From Candidatus Heimdallarchaeota archaeon (GTDB lineage Archaea; Asgardarchaeota; Heimdallarchaeia; Hodarchaeales; Hodarchaeaceae): a stretch of 23,687 nucleotides of DNA. Below the pieces are notes generated by a model. The model saw only the letters and a list, made by a program, of their open reading frames with translations, did no database searches and was not told where the DNA came from. The position numbers and the translations under genes are program-made. Shown one piece after another: positions 8,490 to 18,072 of this stretch. Numbering within the stretch: the stretch's first letter is position 1; every line of letters starts with the position of its first letter. The stretch is from positions 1 through 23,687 of the forward strand of contig DXJL01000061.1 in the NCBI GenBank assembly GCA_019057635.1, read 5' to 3'.

Positions 8490-9401
8490 TCATCGTATGT
8501 GGAGCAGGTTAACGAGGAGACGCAGGTCTCGAGAAATTTCAGTTCTATAAATCCGAAAATTAATTTTTTGTAGCTCAGTTTTATCAGGATGGGAAGGAGA
8601 ATAAACCTCAATAACGTCAATAAATCGTTGATAGAGCTTTATCCCTGCAATATTTGCTTCGAGCGGGTATTCCAAAGCTGCTTGGTCTTCATTAAGACGA
8701 ACATTCACGGTACCAAGATACATCTTTGCAGAAGAAGAAATCGCATCGGATATCATGAGGACTAGTTCTCCAGCATCTAATAATCTGGGAATATGAGTTT
8801 TGAATTTGGATGCAGGATCTTTTCCCCCTTGAACTGGGCGGTAATTTGAATCCAGTGGAATTAATACTTCATCCTGCTCAATTCCTCGTTCCGTTCTATG
8901 ACCATTCAATTCTATTGAAATATCTGAGTGAATTACTTCAACTTTTGTCTTTTCTAGATTGGTAAGCGCGTGTTCACGAGTATACGGGGTGGGATACAAA
9001 AAATTGGCTTGTTTTAATAAAACCTCAGTCACCCAGAGCTTTTCCTGAAAAACGACTGACAGATTCATTGTCGCTGGATCAAGTACGAAAATTAATTCTG
9101 GACTCTTCATTCCACAAATCGTTGTAAGACTAGTTGTTCGTTTTGCCCCAACTTTGTCAATTAGGGTGTGTAGAATTGAAGGAACAATTATTTTATCTTG
9201 ATATTGGATTTCATACGTCTCATCAATTAATAGAGGATCCTGGGAAGGTACAGAATAAGCATGATGAATCCATACATCTCCACTCACCCCTAATTGTAAT
9301 TCCAAACTTTCTAATAGCGATTTTCGTCCTGGAAAGGAAAAATCATCAACTTGTTCCATTTCTGGATCTTGAAAATCTGTTTTGGATTGATGATCTTTCA
9401 T
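8490..9401 (-). CDS. Hypothetical protein (303 aa)
   Basis: Long ATG-initiated ORF; no recognised motif. Confidence 0.8.
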   Translation of the reverse strand: MKDHQSKTDFQDPEMEQVDDFSFPGRKSLLESLELQLGVSGDVWIHHAYSVPSQDPLLIDETYEIQYQDKIIVPSILHTLIDKVGAKRTTSLTTICGMKSPELIFVLDPATMNLSVVFQEKLWVTEVLLKQANFLYPTPYTREHALTNLEKTKVEVIHSDISIELNGHRTERGIEQDEVLIPLDSNYRPVQGGKDPASKFKTHIPRLLDAGELVLMISDAISSSAKMYLGTVNVRLNEDQAALEYPLEANIAGIKLYQRFIDVIEVYSPSHPDKTELQKINFRIYRTEISRDLRLLVNLLHIR

Positions 9402-9680
9402 TCATATTATTAGTTGAATTAAGATTAAAAAGACTTACCACTTAAATGATAATTTTCCCAAAATTGAGTATTTCATTAGTAATTCTGGTTGGTTAATATC
9501 AAAGAAATACCAATCCAATCACCTACGGATTTAATGGACTAGATTGCTTTCGTAAAAGTTGTACAAAAGAAATATTTCCTATTATTAATAAGTAAAAACA
9601 AGTAACGGTGTTTTAATGATATTTTTTTCAAGAAACAGAGAGTAAAACATAAGAAATCAAGATTAAAATAATGTAAAGTC

Positions 9681-10895
9681 TTAGTATTTGATTACTTGAA
9701 CAGGAACAAATCTAGCAACCTGTTTTCCTAATTCTAGTCTTTCAACCACTGGTAGAACCTCAGACGATCCACGATAACCATATTCTAAAGATTCTACATT
9801 TTGGATTAACAACCGACTTTGCATAGGGGCTTGAGAAAGCTCAAAGTAGAATTCACGTTCATGTACGAGTGTTTTTACTTCACTATAGGGGTATAATAGT
9901 TTATATCCTCCTCCATGTGGAAGAATATTTATCTTATTAAGGATCGAAGTGTGATCTTTTTCTTTTGCTTGCTGTGTTTGCACTCCCGTCCAATATTTTG
10001 TTTTGATATTAGGTTTGCCCTCATATAAGTAAATGAACGAATAACCATTAAACCCTATTGGGAATAATGGAAGAGGAATTTCACCAGTTGCATCTAGAGA
10101 GTTATACAACCCTAGACGCATCGTAAATAAGTTGTTTTCTTGATAATAGCCTTGATGAGTTGGGTTAGAAATACATGTAATATTTTCCTTCCCAAAGAGA
10201 ATTTCTGCAATCGATGTTCTCTTACTTTTCGAATATTCCTCCACTGATTTGAAGTAGTTCAAATATTCAATGCCTGATTTTTCTGGCAACCCCTCAACTT
10301 GACCAAATGGAGTTTTGACTTTCTCAAATTCTTCTTCCTTCCAGAAGCTTAAACCTTGTTTTTCCGTTTGTTGAGATGAATGTATAAGCACATAATCTCC
10401 TGGTGGTAAATGCTTTTCATAATAAGAAGAATCGTCTGTCAATGACTCCAATCGGAGTAAATCGATGAAGTGATTGGATTTCCATACATCCCATTTGCCT
10501 GTTCGTCTTCCTACAGGTACACCATCTTTTTTTAAGACTTGTAAACGATCCATTATCTGATGTTTAGAAGGCATATTTGTGACATGGTAAAGACCAAAAC
10601 CACAACCATTAGGATGAAGGAGAGTAGGAAAAAGATAATCTTTCGTGATTACAGCACATCCATAACCAACTCCTGAATTAAATCTCGATTTATTTCTTGT
10701 AATGCTGCCGTCAGGCCCGAAAATAACTAATACATCATTCGGATCATAACCGCTAGCTTGATAAAAACTGATTATCTTAGCTAAACCAATGGTCATAACT
10801 TCTTTGGCTAATTTTGTAGTTAAATCTTCAGTCGTCCATGAATACACATGACAACTTGCTTCTTGTAACAAATTCCTTATCTGGACGCTATCCAT
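9681..10895 (-). CDS. Divergent RtcB-family (RNA ligase-like) protein; ORF track start 10925, ATG at 10895
   Basis: Ordered motifs GPD, NGCG, SNHFID, IHSS, THQ, PHGGG, YR and terminal FVPVQVIKY match the order of RtcB metal/GTP-binding motifs. Confidence 0.75.
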   Translation of the reverse strand: MDSVQIRNLLQEASCHVYSWTTEDLTTKLAKEVMTIGLAKIISFYQASGYDPNDVLVIFGPDGSITRNKSRFNSGVGYGCAVITKDYLFPTLLHPNGCGFGLYHVTNMPSKHQIMDRLQVLKKDGVPVGRRTGKWDVWKSNHFIDLLRLESLTDDSSYYEKHLPPGDYVLIHSSQQTEKQGLSFWKEEEFEKVKTPFGQVEGLPEKSGIEYLNYFKSVEEYSKSKRTSIAEILFGKENITCISNPTHQGYYQENNLFTMRLGLYNSLDATGEIPLPLFPIGFNGYSFIYLYEGKPNIKTKYWTGVQTQQAKEKDHTSILNKINILPHGGGYKLLYPYSEVKTLVHEREFYFELSQAPMQSRLLIQNVESLEYGYRGSSEVLPVVERLELGKQVARFVPVQVIKY

Positions 10896-11059
10896 CTGAA
10901 TCTGACCTCCAATGAAGAGATTCAAGAAATAGGAATGATTACTTCATTTCTAGCTATTTGATCGAACTAGTTATCCATTCAATAGCTTTTTCTCATATAA
11001 GTCTTAGCATTTCATTATCGCTATTAGAAATGAAAACAAGGGAGAGTACTATTTGTAGA

Positions 11060-12676
11060 TCAATAACCTTGAGCTTGACCATCCTTGCGAGGATCAGAAC
11101 CACCCATATACGATCCATTCTCCGAAACAGATATAATTTGACCCCCTCCAAAGTTCATCCCCACAGAGTCTCGCACATTATGTGCCATTCCCCGTAGTTG
11201 TGCTTTAACTTGGAGAGGTATAGGTTCTTCAAATGCAACAAGGTTAGAATTTTGCTCATGATGAAAACGAGGACAGTTTATAGCGTCCTGAGGATCCATT
11301 CCATGTAGAACAAGGTTAAGAAATACTTGTGATTGTCCAATCGGTTGATGATGTCCGCCCATCACACCAAATGAATGCAAAAGTTGATTTGTAGAAGGAG
11401 AAGTGATCATAGCAGGAATTATGGTGTGATACGGTCTTTTATGCGGTTCATATTGGTTAGGGTGTCCTTTTTTCAGGGTAAATCCAGCTCCGCGATTCTG
11501 GAAAGCAATCCCTGTAATTGGATCAACGATTCCGGAACCAAATCCATAATATAAGGAGTTGATAAGAGAGAGGGCAAATCCTTCTTTGTCGATAGCTGTC
11601 AAATATACTGTATCTTCCCCCATATCCAAGGTATTTGGTAATTTATTCAGAGCTTTTCTAGGATTTATTTGACTGGCTCGATTATGAGCATATCTATCAC
11701 TCAAAAAATCACTTACTTTCACAGTCATTGAATCTGGATCAGATATATATGCAAAAGCATCAGAAAATGCTAGTTTTTTTGCTTCAATAAGAAAGTGCAA
11801 ATATTCTGCAGAGTTGAGTGGATAACGTGCAATATCTAGCTCTTCAGCAATTGCTAAGATTTGTAAGGTGACAAGTCCTTGACCATTCGGTCCATGTTCC
11901 CACAATTGATGATCATAAATTACTTTGGAAATCGGTTTCGTCCATTCTGCTGAAAAATCATTAAGATCAGGAATATCAATGACACTTCCTTCCCCTTGTA
12001 GAAATTTGATTGTCCGATTCGCAAGATCACCTTTGTAGAAAAATTCATACCCATGTTTTGCGAGTTTCTGAAAAGTTGTTCCCAATTTTTCTTGAGTAAA
12101 CATCTCCCCTGGTCGTGGAGCTCGTTCTTCGTCAATTAAATATGTTCGACTCGCCCCTTCATGTAATTTGAGTTTTGGTACTAATTCATTCCAGACCTGA
12201 GCAATCAAAGGACTCACAGGAAATCCTGAATTTGCGTATTCTATAGCAGGGGCAAGTACATCTTCCCATGGTAAAAGACCAAATTTTTCGTGAATTAGAC
12301 CCCATGCGCTTACAGCCCCAGGAACGGTAATTGGCAAGATTCCTGTTAAAGGTATTTCAGATAATTTATTCTCTGAAACTAAATCATCATAGGATAATTT
12401 TCTAGGGGAAAAACCTGATCCATTAATTCCGATTGGTTGGTTTTCTCCAGGAACATGAAGTAGTGCAAATGCATCTCCTCCTATTCCTGTAGAAAATGGT
12501 TCAACTACATTAAGTACTGCCGCCATTGCAATTACGGCATCACACGCATTTCCACCTGCTTTAAGCATTTGAATTCCTGCAGATGAAGCTAAAGGTTGCG
12601 ATGATGCGACTAAGCCATTTTTTGCATGTATAGCGGATCTTCCTGCTGAAGGTCGTCTCCAAAACTTTACTGCCAT
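11060..12676 (-). CDS. ggt: Gamma-glutamyltransferase family protein, cytoplasmic YwrD-like type
   Basis: GGNACDA, TGIGGD, TVPG, PNGQG, nucleophile Thr in DTVY, KRPYHTIIP, GVMGG, SDPRKDG; no signal peptide seen. Confidence 0.93.
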   Translation of the reverse strand: MAVKFWRRPSAGRSAIHAKNGLVASSQPLASSAGIQMLKAGGNACDAVIAMAAVLNVVEPFSTGIGGDAFALLHVPGENQPIGINGSGFSPRKLSYDDLVSENKLSEIPLTGILPITVPGAVSAWGLIHEKFGLLPWEDVLAPAIEYANSGFPVSPLIAQVWNELVPKLKLHEGASRTYLIDEERAPRPGEMFTQEKLGTTFQKLAKHGYEFFYKGDLANRTIKFLQGEGSVIDIPDLNDFSAEWTKPISKVIYDHQLWEHGPNGQGLVTLQILAIAEELDIARYPLNSAEYLHFLIEAKKLAFSDAFAYISDPDSMTVKVSDFLSDRYAHNRASQINPRKALNKLPNTLDMGEDTVYLTAIDKEGFALSLINSLYYGFGSGIVDPITGIAFQNRGAGFTLKKGHPNQYEPHKRPYHTIIPAMITSPSTNQLLHSFGVMGGHHQPIGQSQVFLNLVLHGMDPQDAINCPRFHHEQNSNLVAFEEPIPLQVKAQLRGMAHNVRDSVGMNFGGGQIISVSENGSYMGGSDPRKDGQAQGY

Positions 12677-12697
12677 TTTAATTGATCCTTTATCATT

Positions 12698-14776
12698 TCA
12701 TGAATATTTTTCTATCCAGCTAATAATCTGCTTAATTCGATCGACAATATGCCGAGGTTCACCACTACGAGATAGTTCATGACCATCACGAGGATATCGA
12801 ATAAATCGCATTACTTTACCGTACCGTTTACCTAGCCAAAAGAGCTGTTCAGCACTCACGATAGGTACTCGAAAATCATTTTCGGCATGGATTATTAATA
12901 ACGGTGTATTAATATTCTTCACGTGAGCAACGGGAGAATCAGACCAATTACGTGCGTGCGTATCTATGATCTCACCATAGTGTTGCTCGAACCATACTGG
13001 AATATCAGTTGTTAAACCGAATCCAATGAATTCATACACCCCTCTTTGACTAATAGCGGCTTTAAAACGATTCGTTTGGGTGATTAACCATGCAGTCATA
13101 TATCCTCCATAACTCCCACCAGTTACACTAATCCGTTGGGGATCTAAACGCGGGTATTGGCTCAAAGCTGTGTCTAATCCTTTCAGAATATCATTTGCAG
13201 CAATCGTACCCCAATTTTCGAATACCGCTTTTCGAAACTCAACTCCATACCCATCAGAACCGTGAGGATTACAGAATATAACTGCAAATCCGCGACCAAC
13301 GAGTGAATTCCATTCGTGCCACATAGTTTTCTCATGAGGTGACCACATTGCAGCAGGCCCGCCATGAATCTCTAAGACTACAGGAATTTTCTCATCGCTG
13401 GAGGTTTCAGAGGGTAAGAAAATCCAGCCTTGTAGCGAATGTCCATTTCGCTGAAAAGAATAGGATTCTACTCTAGCAGGAGGATGCTCATTCAAATAAT
13501 TGCTATTAACTTCTGTTATCCTTCTTTCAACTGGATTCTCGAGATTAGTGATAAAGATGTCACTTGGAAAGGAATTATGAGAAACTTCTATTGCTAGATC
13601 ACCAGTAGTTCTTGCTAGTGAGTACGAATTGATATTACGGTCACCACCTACTACTTCTTCTACTAATTTAGTATGTAAATCTATTTTATGAAGTGATATT
13701 CGACCATTAATAGGAGATAGGAATAATAGGGTTTCATCATTTAACCAACAAGCCATTGAAGCTGATCTGTGAAATTTTTCAGTTAAACAACTAATTTGAA
13801 AATCTGGTGGTATATCTAAACTACATACAAAAATTTGTTGATCATCAAAAACTGTTTTATTCTCTCTTTTAGCTTCATACAGAACATTCTTTCCATCGGG
13901 AGATATTTGGAAATTTGACACCCATCCGAATGCGGATCCAAGAATATTTGTTTTAGATGGATCATTTACTGTGATACTCAATATTTCTTGAGACAACGTC
14001 ACAGAGGGATCATCAATATACTTGGACAGAATGATTTCAGTGTCAGCGTGAGTGAATGTTCCTAATGTATAATGATACGCGATATTACCTAGATGAATAA
14101 CGTCAGATATACAAGAAGGTTTATCATCAAGATAAAAATTCCCTATAGGTACTATAAAGGGCTGTGCTTTTCGTCCTTCCAGAAAATGAGTACCTTCACG
14201 ATAAAACCCGTCATTAATTACCCGAGGATCCCTTGAAAGAGATTTTATTGTTTCTTCCTTTATTTTTTCAATTTCAAAATCGATTGGGCTAAGCACAAAG
14301 GATTTACTCACTTTTGGCTTTTTTATCACTTCAAGTTCTTCTTCATTAACCATAGCCAAAACGTGGAAAGATTGACTATCGTGGCTCCAAGTGAACCCTA
14401 CAACACCTTTTGGGAAGTTTGTTACTTGAAACGCCTCTCCCCCAGTAACCGACATGAGAAAAACTTGCATACCATTTTCCTGACGAGATGATAGAAAAGC
14501 CAATAATTTACCAGAAGGAGAAAATTTTGCAGATGTGTCTAAGTGAGTTCCAGTAGTATAACGGATATAGTTTGTAGATTCTTTAGTTTTTAGAAATAAC
14601 CCTCCCTGATAAGAATTTTTCTTCTCATTTATTGTACGAATAGTAAATACTAATCTCCCATCTGGAGATAAACTTGGATTTTCAGCAAACCGTAAGTGGA
14701 CAAAATCTTCAGCATTAATTGTTTTAACTTGACTATTCATAATGTTTCCCATCGATTGATGAATACAAATTCTCAT
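12698..14776 (-). CDS. S9 family (acylaminoacyl/dipeptidyl) peptidase; likely start 14740 or 14752
   Basis: Propeller repeats (SPDG, FSPSG), IHGGP, GGSYGG, NDFRVP, DGHELSRSG catalytic triad. Confidence 0.95.
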   Translation of the reverse strand: MRICIHQSMGNIMNSQVKTINAEDFVHLRFAENPSLSPDGRLVFTIRTINEKKNSYQGGLFLKTKESTNYIRYTTGTHLDTSAKFSPSGKLLAFLSSRQENGMQVFLMSVTGGEAFQVTNFPKGVVGFTWSHDSQSFHVLAMVNEEELEVIKKPKVSKSFVLSPIDFEIEKIKEETIKSLSRDPRVINDGFYREGTHFLEGRKAQPFIVPIGNFYLDDKPSCISDVIHLGNIAYHYTLGTFTHADTEIILSKYIDDPSVTLSQEILSITVNDPSKTNILGSAFGWVSNFQISPDGKNVLYEAKRENKTVFDDQQIFVCSLDIPPDFQISCLTEKFHRSASMACWLNDETLLFLSPINGRISLHKIDLHTKLVEEVVGGDRNINSYSLARTTGDLAIEVSHNSFPSDIFITNLENPVERRITEVNSNYLNEHPPARVESYSFQRNGHSLQGWIFLPSETSSDEKIPVVLEIHGGPAAMWSPHEKTMWHEWNSLVGRGFAVIFCNPHGSDGYGVEFRKAVFENWGTIAANDILKGLDTALSQYPRLDPQRISVTGGSYGGYMTAWLITQTNRFKAAISQRGVYEFIGFGLTTDIPVWFEQHYGEIIDTHARNWSDSPVAHVKNINTPLLIIHAENDFRVPIVSAEQLFWLGKRYGKVMRFIRYPRDGHELSRSGEPRHIVDRIKQIISWIEKYS

Positions 14777-14840
14777 GGGTAATCTATTTTCATAAGATTT
14801 ATCCAGACCTCGGCAATTTTGTCTTTAAATAATTTGATTT

Positions 14841-15350
14841 TTACTCCATCTCTTCTGTTTCTGATACTTTATTCCCATATTTATGCATTTTTAACCAACG
14901 TTCACGTACAATTGGCATGTGTTCACGCCTTACGTCGCATTTCCCTTTCGAATGGAGATATATTACCACCCCAGCCGGATCTCGGATAGTAGTAAACTTA
15001 TCATCAAAAATTTGCTCTCCACAGGCTATACATGTAAGGCGTGAAACCATTTTTTCAGTTACAAATGATCGTTGAGGTTGATCTTGATCTTCACTATACT
15101 CTACTCCTTCACCGTCCCTAGTTTTACCAATAATATCCTGAACTGAATTTCCACCCTTATCTATATCTGCGGGAGAAAAAGTAATCATATCTTGCTTTCG
15201 TTTTTGTAAGGAGAGTTTTCTTTTTGTAGATGTTTTACCTGAATAAAATGGGCATGAAAGTAGATGACATTCGATAGCCTTTTCCCAGTACGAGCATAGA
15301 TTGTTATTCTGAAACATACATTCTTTTTTATATTCTCTAAACGGAATCAT
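14841..15350 (-). CDS. Hypothetical Cys/His-rich protein, putative two Zn sites
   Basis: N-terminal C-x7-C-x8-C-x4-CPFY and C-terminal CIACG...HSKGKC joined by a low-complexity linker. Confidence 0.7.
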   Translation of the reverse strand: MIPFREYKKECMFQNNNLCSYWEKAIECHLLSCPFYSGKTSTKRKLSLQKRKQDMITFSPADIDKGGNSVQDIIGKTRDGEGVEYSEDQDQPQRSFVTEKMVSRLTCIACGEQIFDDKFTTIRDPAGVVIYLHSKGKCDVRREHMPIVRERWLKMHKYGNKVSETEEME

Positions 15351-15401
15351 TGACGTGTTTCCAATCTAAAGGGATTTTTAAGATCAACTGGGGAGATAGG
15401 A

Positions 15402-16586
15402 ATGAAGGCTAATAACAACTCTTGTTTCCCAAAGAACGAAGAATTCTGGATTAAATTATTTGAAATCTGTTTAAATGATTTTGAATCGAAAAAATTCGTT
15501 TTTCAGAAAGATATACTTAAGGAAATAAACCACGAAAATCTTTGATTGTTGATTCGGGGGATACAAGAGGAAAGACTGATATTGAACGACGTAAAGCTAG
15601 TCAGTAGTATGCTTGCCTCATCTAAACTTGCTAAACTTCCTTCTGGTCATCCATTACACACATTCATGCAAGAAAATCGTGCTATTGAAGCATTACTAAA
15701 ACAATTTAAATTTATATTGAAGCAAATAAAGCAAGATCAAGATGAAGCATTAAAACTAGAATTAAGAGCAAAATATAATTTACTATTAGATATAAAAAAG
15801 CATTATTTAAGACAAGAAGAACTATTATTTCCTCTTCTACAAGAGAGGGGAATGTATAAACCTTTATCATTATGGCGGACAAATATTGATAATATCCGTG
15901 AACGTTTATTACGAATAGAAGATTTATTCTCTACCAATTTGATATTTCCTCAAACTATTGAAAATAAGATAAAACCTATATTGCAGACTATTCCTTGGAT
16001 AATTAAGAAAGAAGAGACTGAAATTTTCCCTGCTGCACTCGAAAAATTTTCCGAAGACGACTGGTTCCGCATTGCATCATTAAGTGACGGTTTCGGTTAT
16101 TGTATAATTGTTCCAGATCGAGATTGGCAAAAATCATCAACAAGCCCTAAATATAAAGAAATAGAACACTCTCAGATGATTAGCTTCTCTACAGGACGTA
16201 TTCCTCAAGGATTGTTTGAAAGAATAATGGAATATATACCACTGCAAATATCTTTCATTGATGCTGAGGATAAATTGGTCTATTTTTCACCCATTAAAGC
16301 TCCAATTTTTCGAAGAACACTCGCAAATCTAGGTCGTGATGTCTACCACTGCCATCCTCCCAAAAGCATTAATCATGTGAACCGTATACTGAAAGATTTC
16401 AAGGCAAACAAGCGTGATGAGGAAGAATTCTGGATTAATCACCAAGGAAGATTCATTTACTTTCAATATCATGCTGTGCGAGATGAGAAAGGAGCATATT
16501 TGGGAACTCTTGAAAGAATCCAAGACGCTACTCGATTACGTGAGATTCAAGGAGAAAAACGATTATTGAGCAATTTTAAGAAATAG
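15402..16586 (+). CDS. DUF438-type hemerythrin-like + PAS protein, interrupted by in-frame TGA at 15543-15545 (open part 15546-16586)
   Basis: GHPLHTFMQEN, HYLRQEELLFP, KEE-IFP, GRDVYHCHPPKS, EFWI, YHAVRDEKGAYLGTLE; 47 in-frame sense codons from ATG 15402 precede the TGA. Confidence 0.82.
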
Positions 16587-16734
16587 TTACCAGTCCAAAT
16601 TTCTCACAAAGCTAGTTAATCCAAAAAACTCTTAATGAATTAATTGAAATTCTTATCATATAGATTGATATTCTAATGTAGATTTCACTCGAATTTTACA
16701 CATTTAGAATGCAAATTTATACTGAAGTGACTCA

Positions 16735-17190
16735 ATGTCAAACCTTGATTTATCAGTTGAACTCGAACGTATGAAAATTCAAATTACTCCTGGCGCAACT
16801 GAAGTATTATTGAACAGCAATGTTCCTCAAGCAATGCTTGTAAAAGAGATAAAGAAACGGTGGGAAAAGGACACTACTGCTCTTACAGTTAAAGATGCCA
16901 TTGATTTAATGTTAAACTCTGATAAATACGCACAGTTGTCACGCAAGCTGCATAAAGAGCTTAAAGAGAAAGTAGAGGAGATTTCTTCGGTTCCAAGAGT
17001 TCTTAGAAGAACCTATTTTACTCTAAAGCGACTAGAAGCACCAATTTCTGCGGGTCAAGTTTCACAAATAACACACCGAAAAACTAGTACAGAAAGAGTA
17101 TACTTGAACAAATTAACAAAAGCAGGATTGGTAAAAAAGGTAACGACAAAAAAAAATAAAATTCATTATTCAATCATCAAATTGAAGTAA
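16735..17190 (+). CDS. Winged-HTH DNA-binding protein with small N-terminal helical domain
   Basis: ISAGQVSQITHRKTSTERVYLNKLTKAGLVKKV...IHY. Confidence 0.78.
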   Translation: MSNLDLSVELERMKIQITPGATEVLLNSNVPQAMLVKEIKKRWEKDTTALTVKDAIDLMLNSDKYAQLSRKLHKELKEKVEEISSVPRVLRRTYFTLKRLEAPISAGQVSQITHRKTSTERVYLNKLTKAGLVKKVTTKKNKIHYSIIKLK

Positions 17191-17301
17191 GAAGAAGGAA
17201 ATCTTGTAGAATCTATAACTACTGTAGTTAAATTAAAGAAAGTAGTTTTTGACTGTTATTCACAAATCATAATCCGTACTAATTGTTAAGGTGTAGCTAT
17301 T

Positions 17302-18051
17302 TTGTATAAGGTAGTATTTTTACGTCATGGCGAATCAATTTGGAATAAAGCAAATAAATTTACAGGTTGGACTGATGTAGATTTATCAGAAAAGGGTATT
17401 GAAGAAGCAACTACTTCGGGACAGGTATTAAGAGATGAAGGATATTCTTTCGATGTCGCGTTTACTAGTGTGTTGAAAAGGGCTATTCGAACATTGTGGT
17501 TAGCCTTAGATGAAATGGATTTAATGTGGATCCCTGTTCATCGGTCTTGGAAGTTGAATGAACGCCATTACGGCGCATTACAAGGATTGAATAAGTCAGA
17601 AACGGCTGCTAAACACGGTGATCAACAAGTTTTAATCTGGAGACGTAGCTATGACATTCGTCCCCCAGGACTAGAAGAGGATGATGATCGATATCCTGGA
17701 AAAGATTTAAAATATCGTGATCTTACAAAAGATGAACTCCCCACCTCTGAATGTCTGAAAGATACTGTAGCTCGTGTCCTTCCATTTTGGCATGATGTGA
17801 TTGCACCAACCATAAAAACAGGTAAACTTGTGCTAATTGCGGCTCATGGAAATAGTCTACGAGCTCTCGTGAAGTACCTTGATGATGTTCCTAACGCTGA
17901 AATCCTCAAATTAAATATTCCTACTGGTATTCCGCTTGTTTATGAGCTGGATAAAGATTTGGCACCTATTAAAAGCTATTATATTGGTGATCCAGAAACC
18001 GTTGCTAAGGCAATGCAAAAAGTAGCAAATCAGGGAAAATCAAAGATATAA
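17302..18051 (+). CDS. gpmA: 2,3-bisphosphoglycerate-dependent phosphoglycerate mutase
   Basis: [50 protein letters not shown]; TTG start after AAGGTG. Confidence 0.97.
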   Translation: MYKVVFLRHGESIWNKANKFTGWTDVDLSEKGIEEATTSGQVLRDEGYSFDVAFTSVLKRAIRTLWLALDEMDLMWIPVHRSWKLNERHYGALQGLNKSETAAKHGDQQVLIWRRSYDIRPPGLEEDDDRYPGKDLKYRDLTKDELPTSECLKDTVARVLPFWHDVIAPTIKTGKLVLIAAHGNSLRALVKYLDDVPNAEILKLNIPTGIPLVYELDKDLAPIKSYYIGDPETVAKAMQKVANQGKSKI

Positions 18052-18072
18052 ATCTACTTTGTGAATGTTAAA

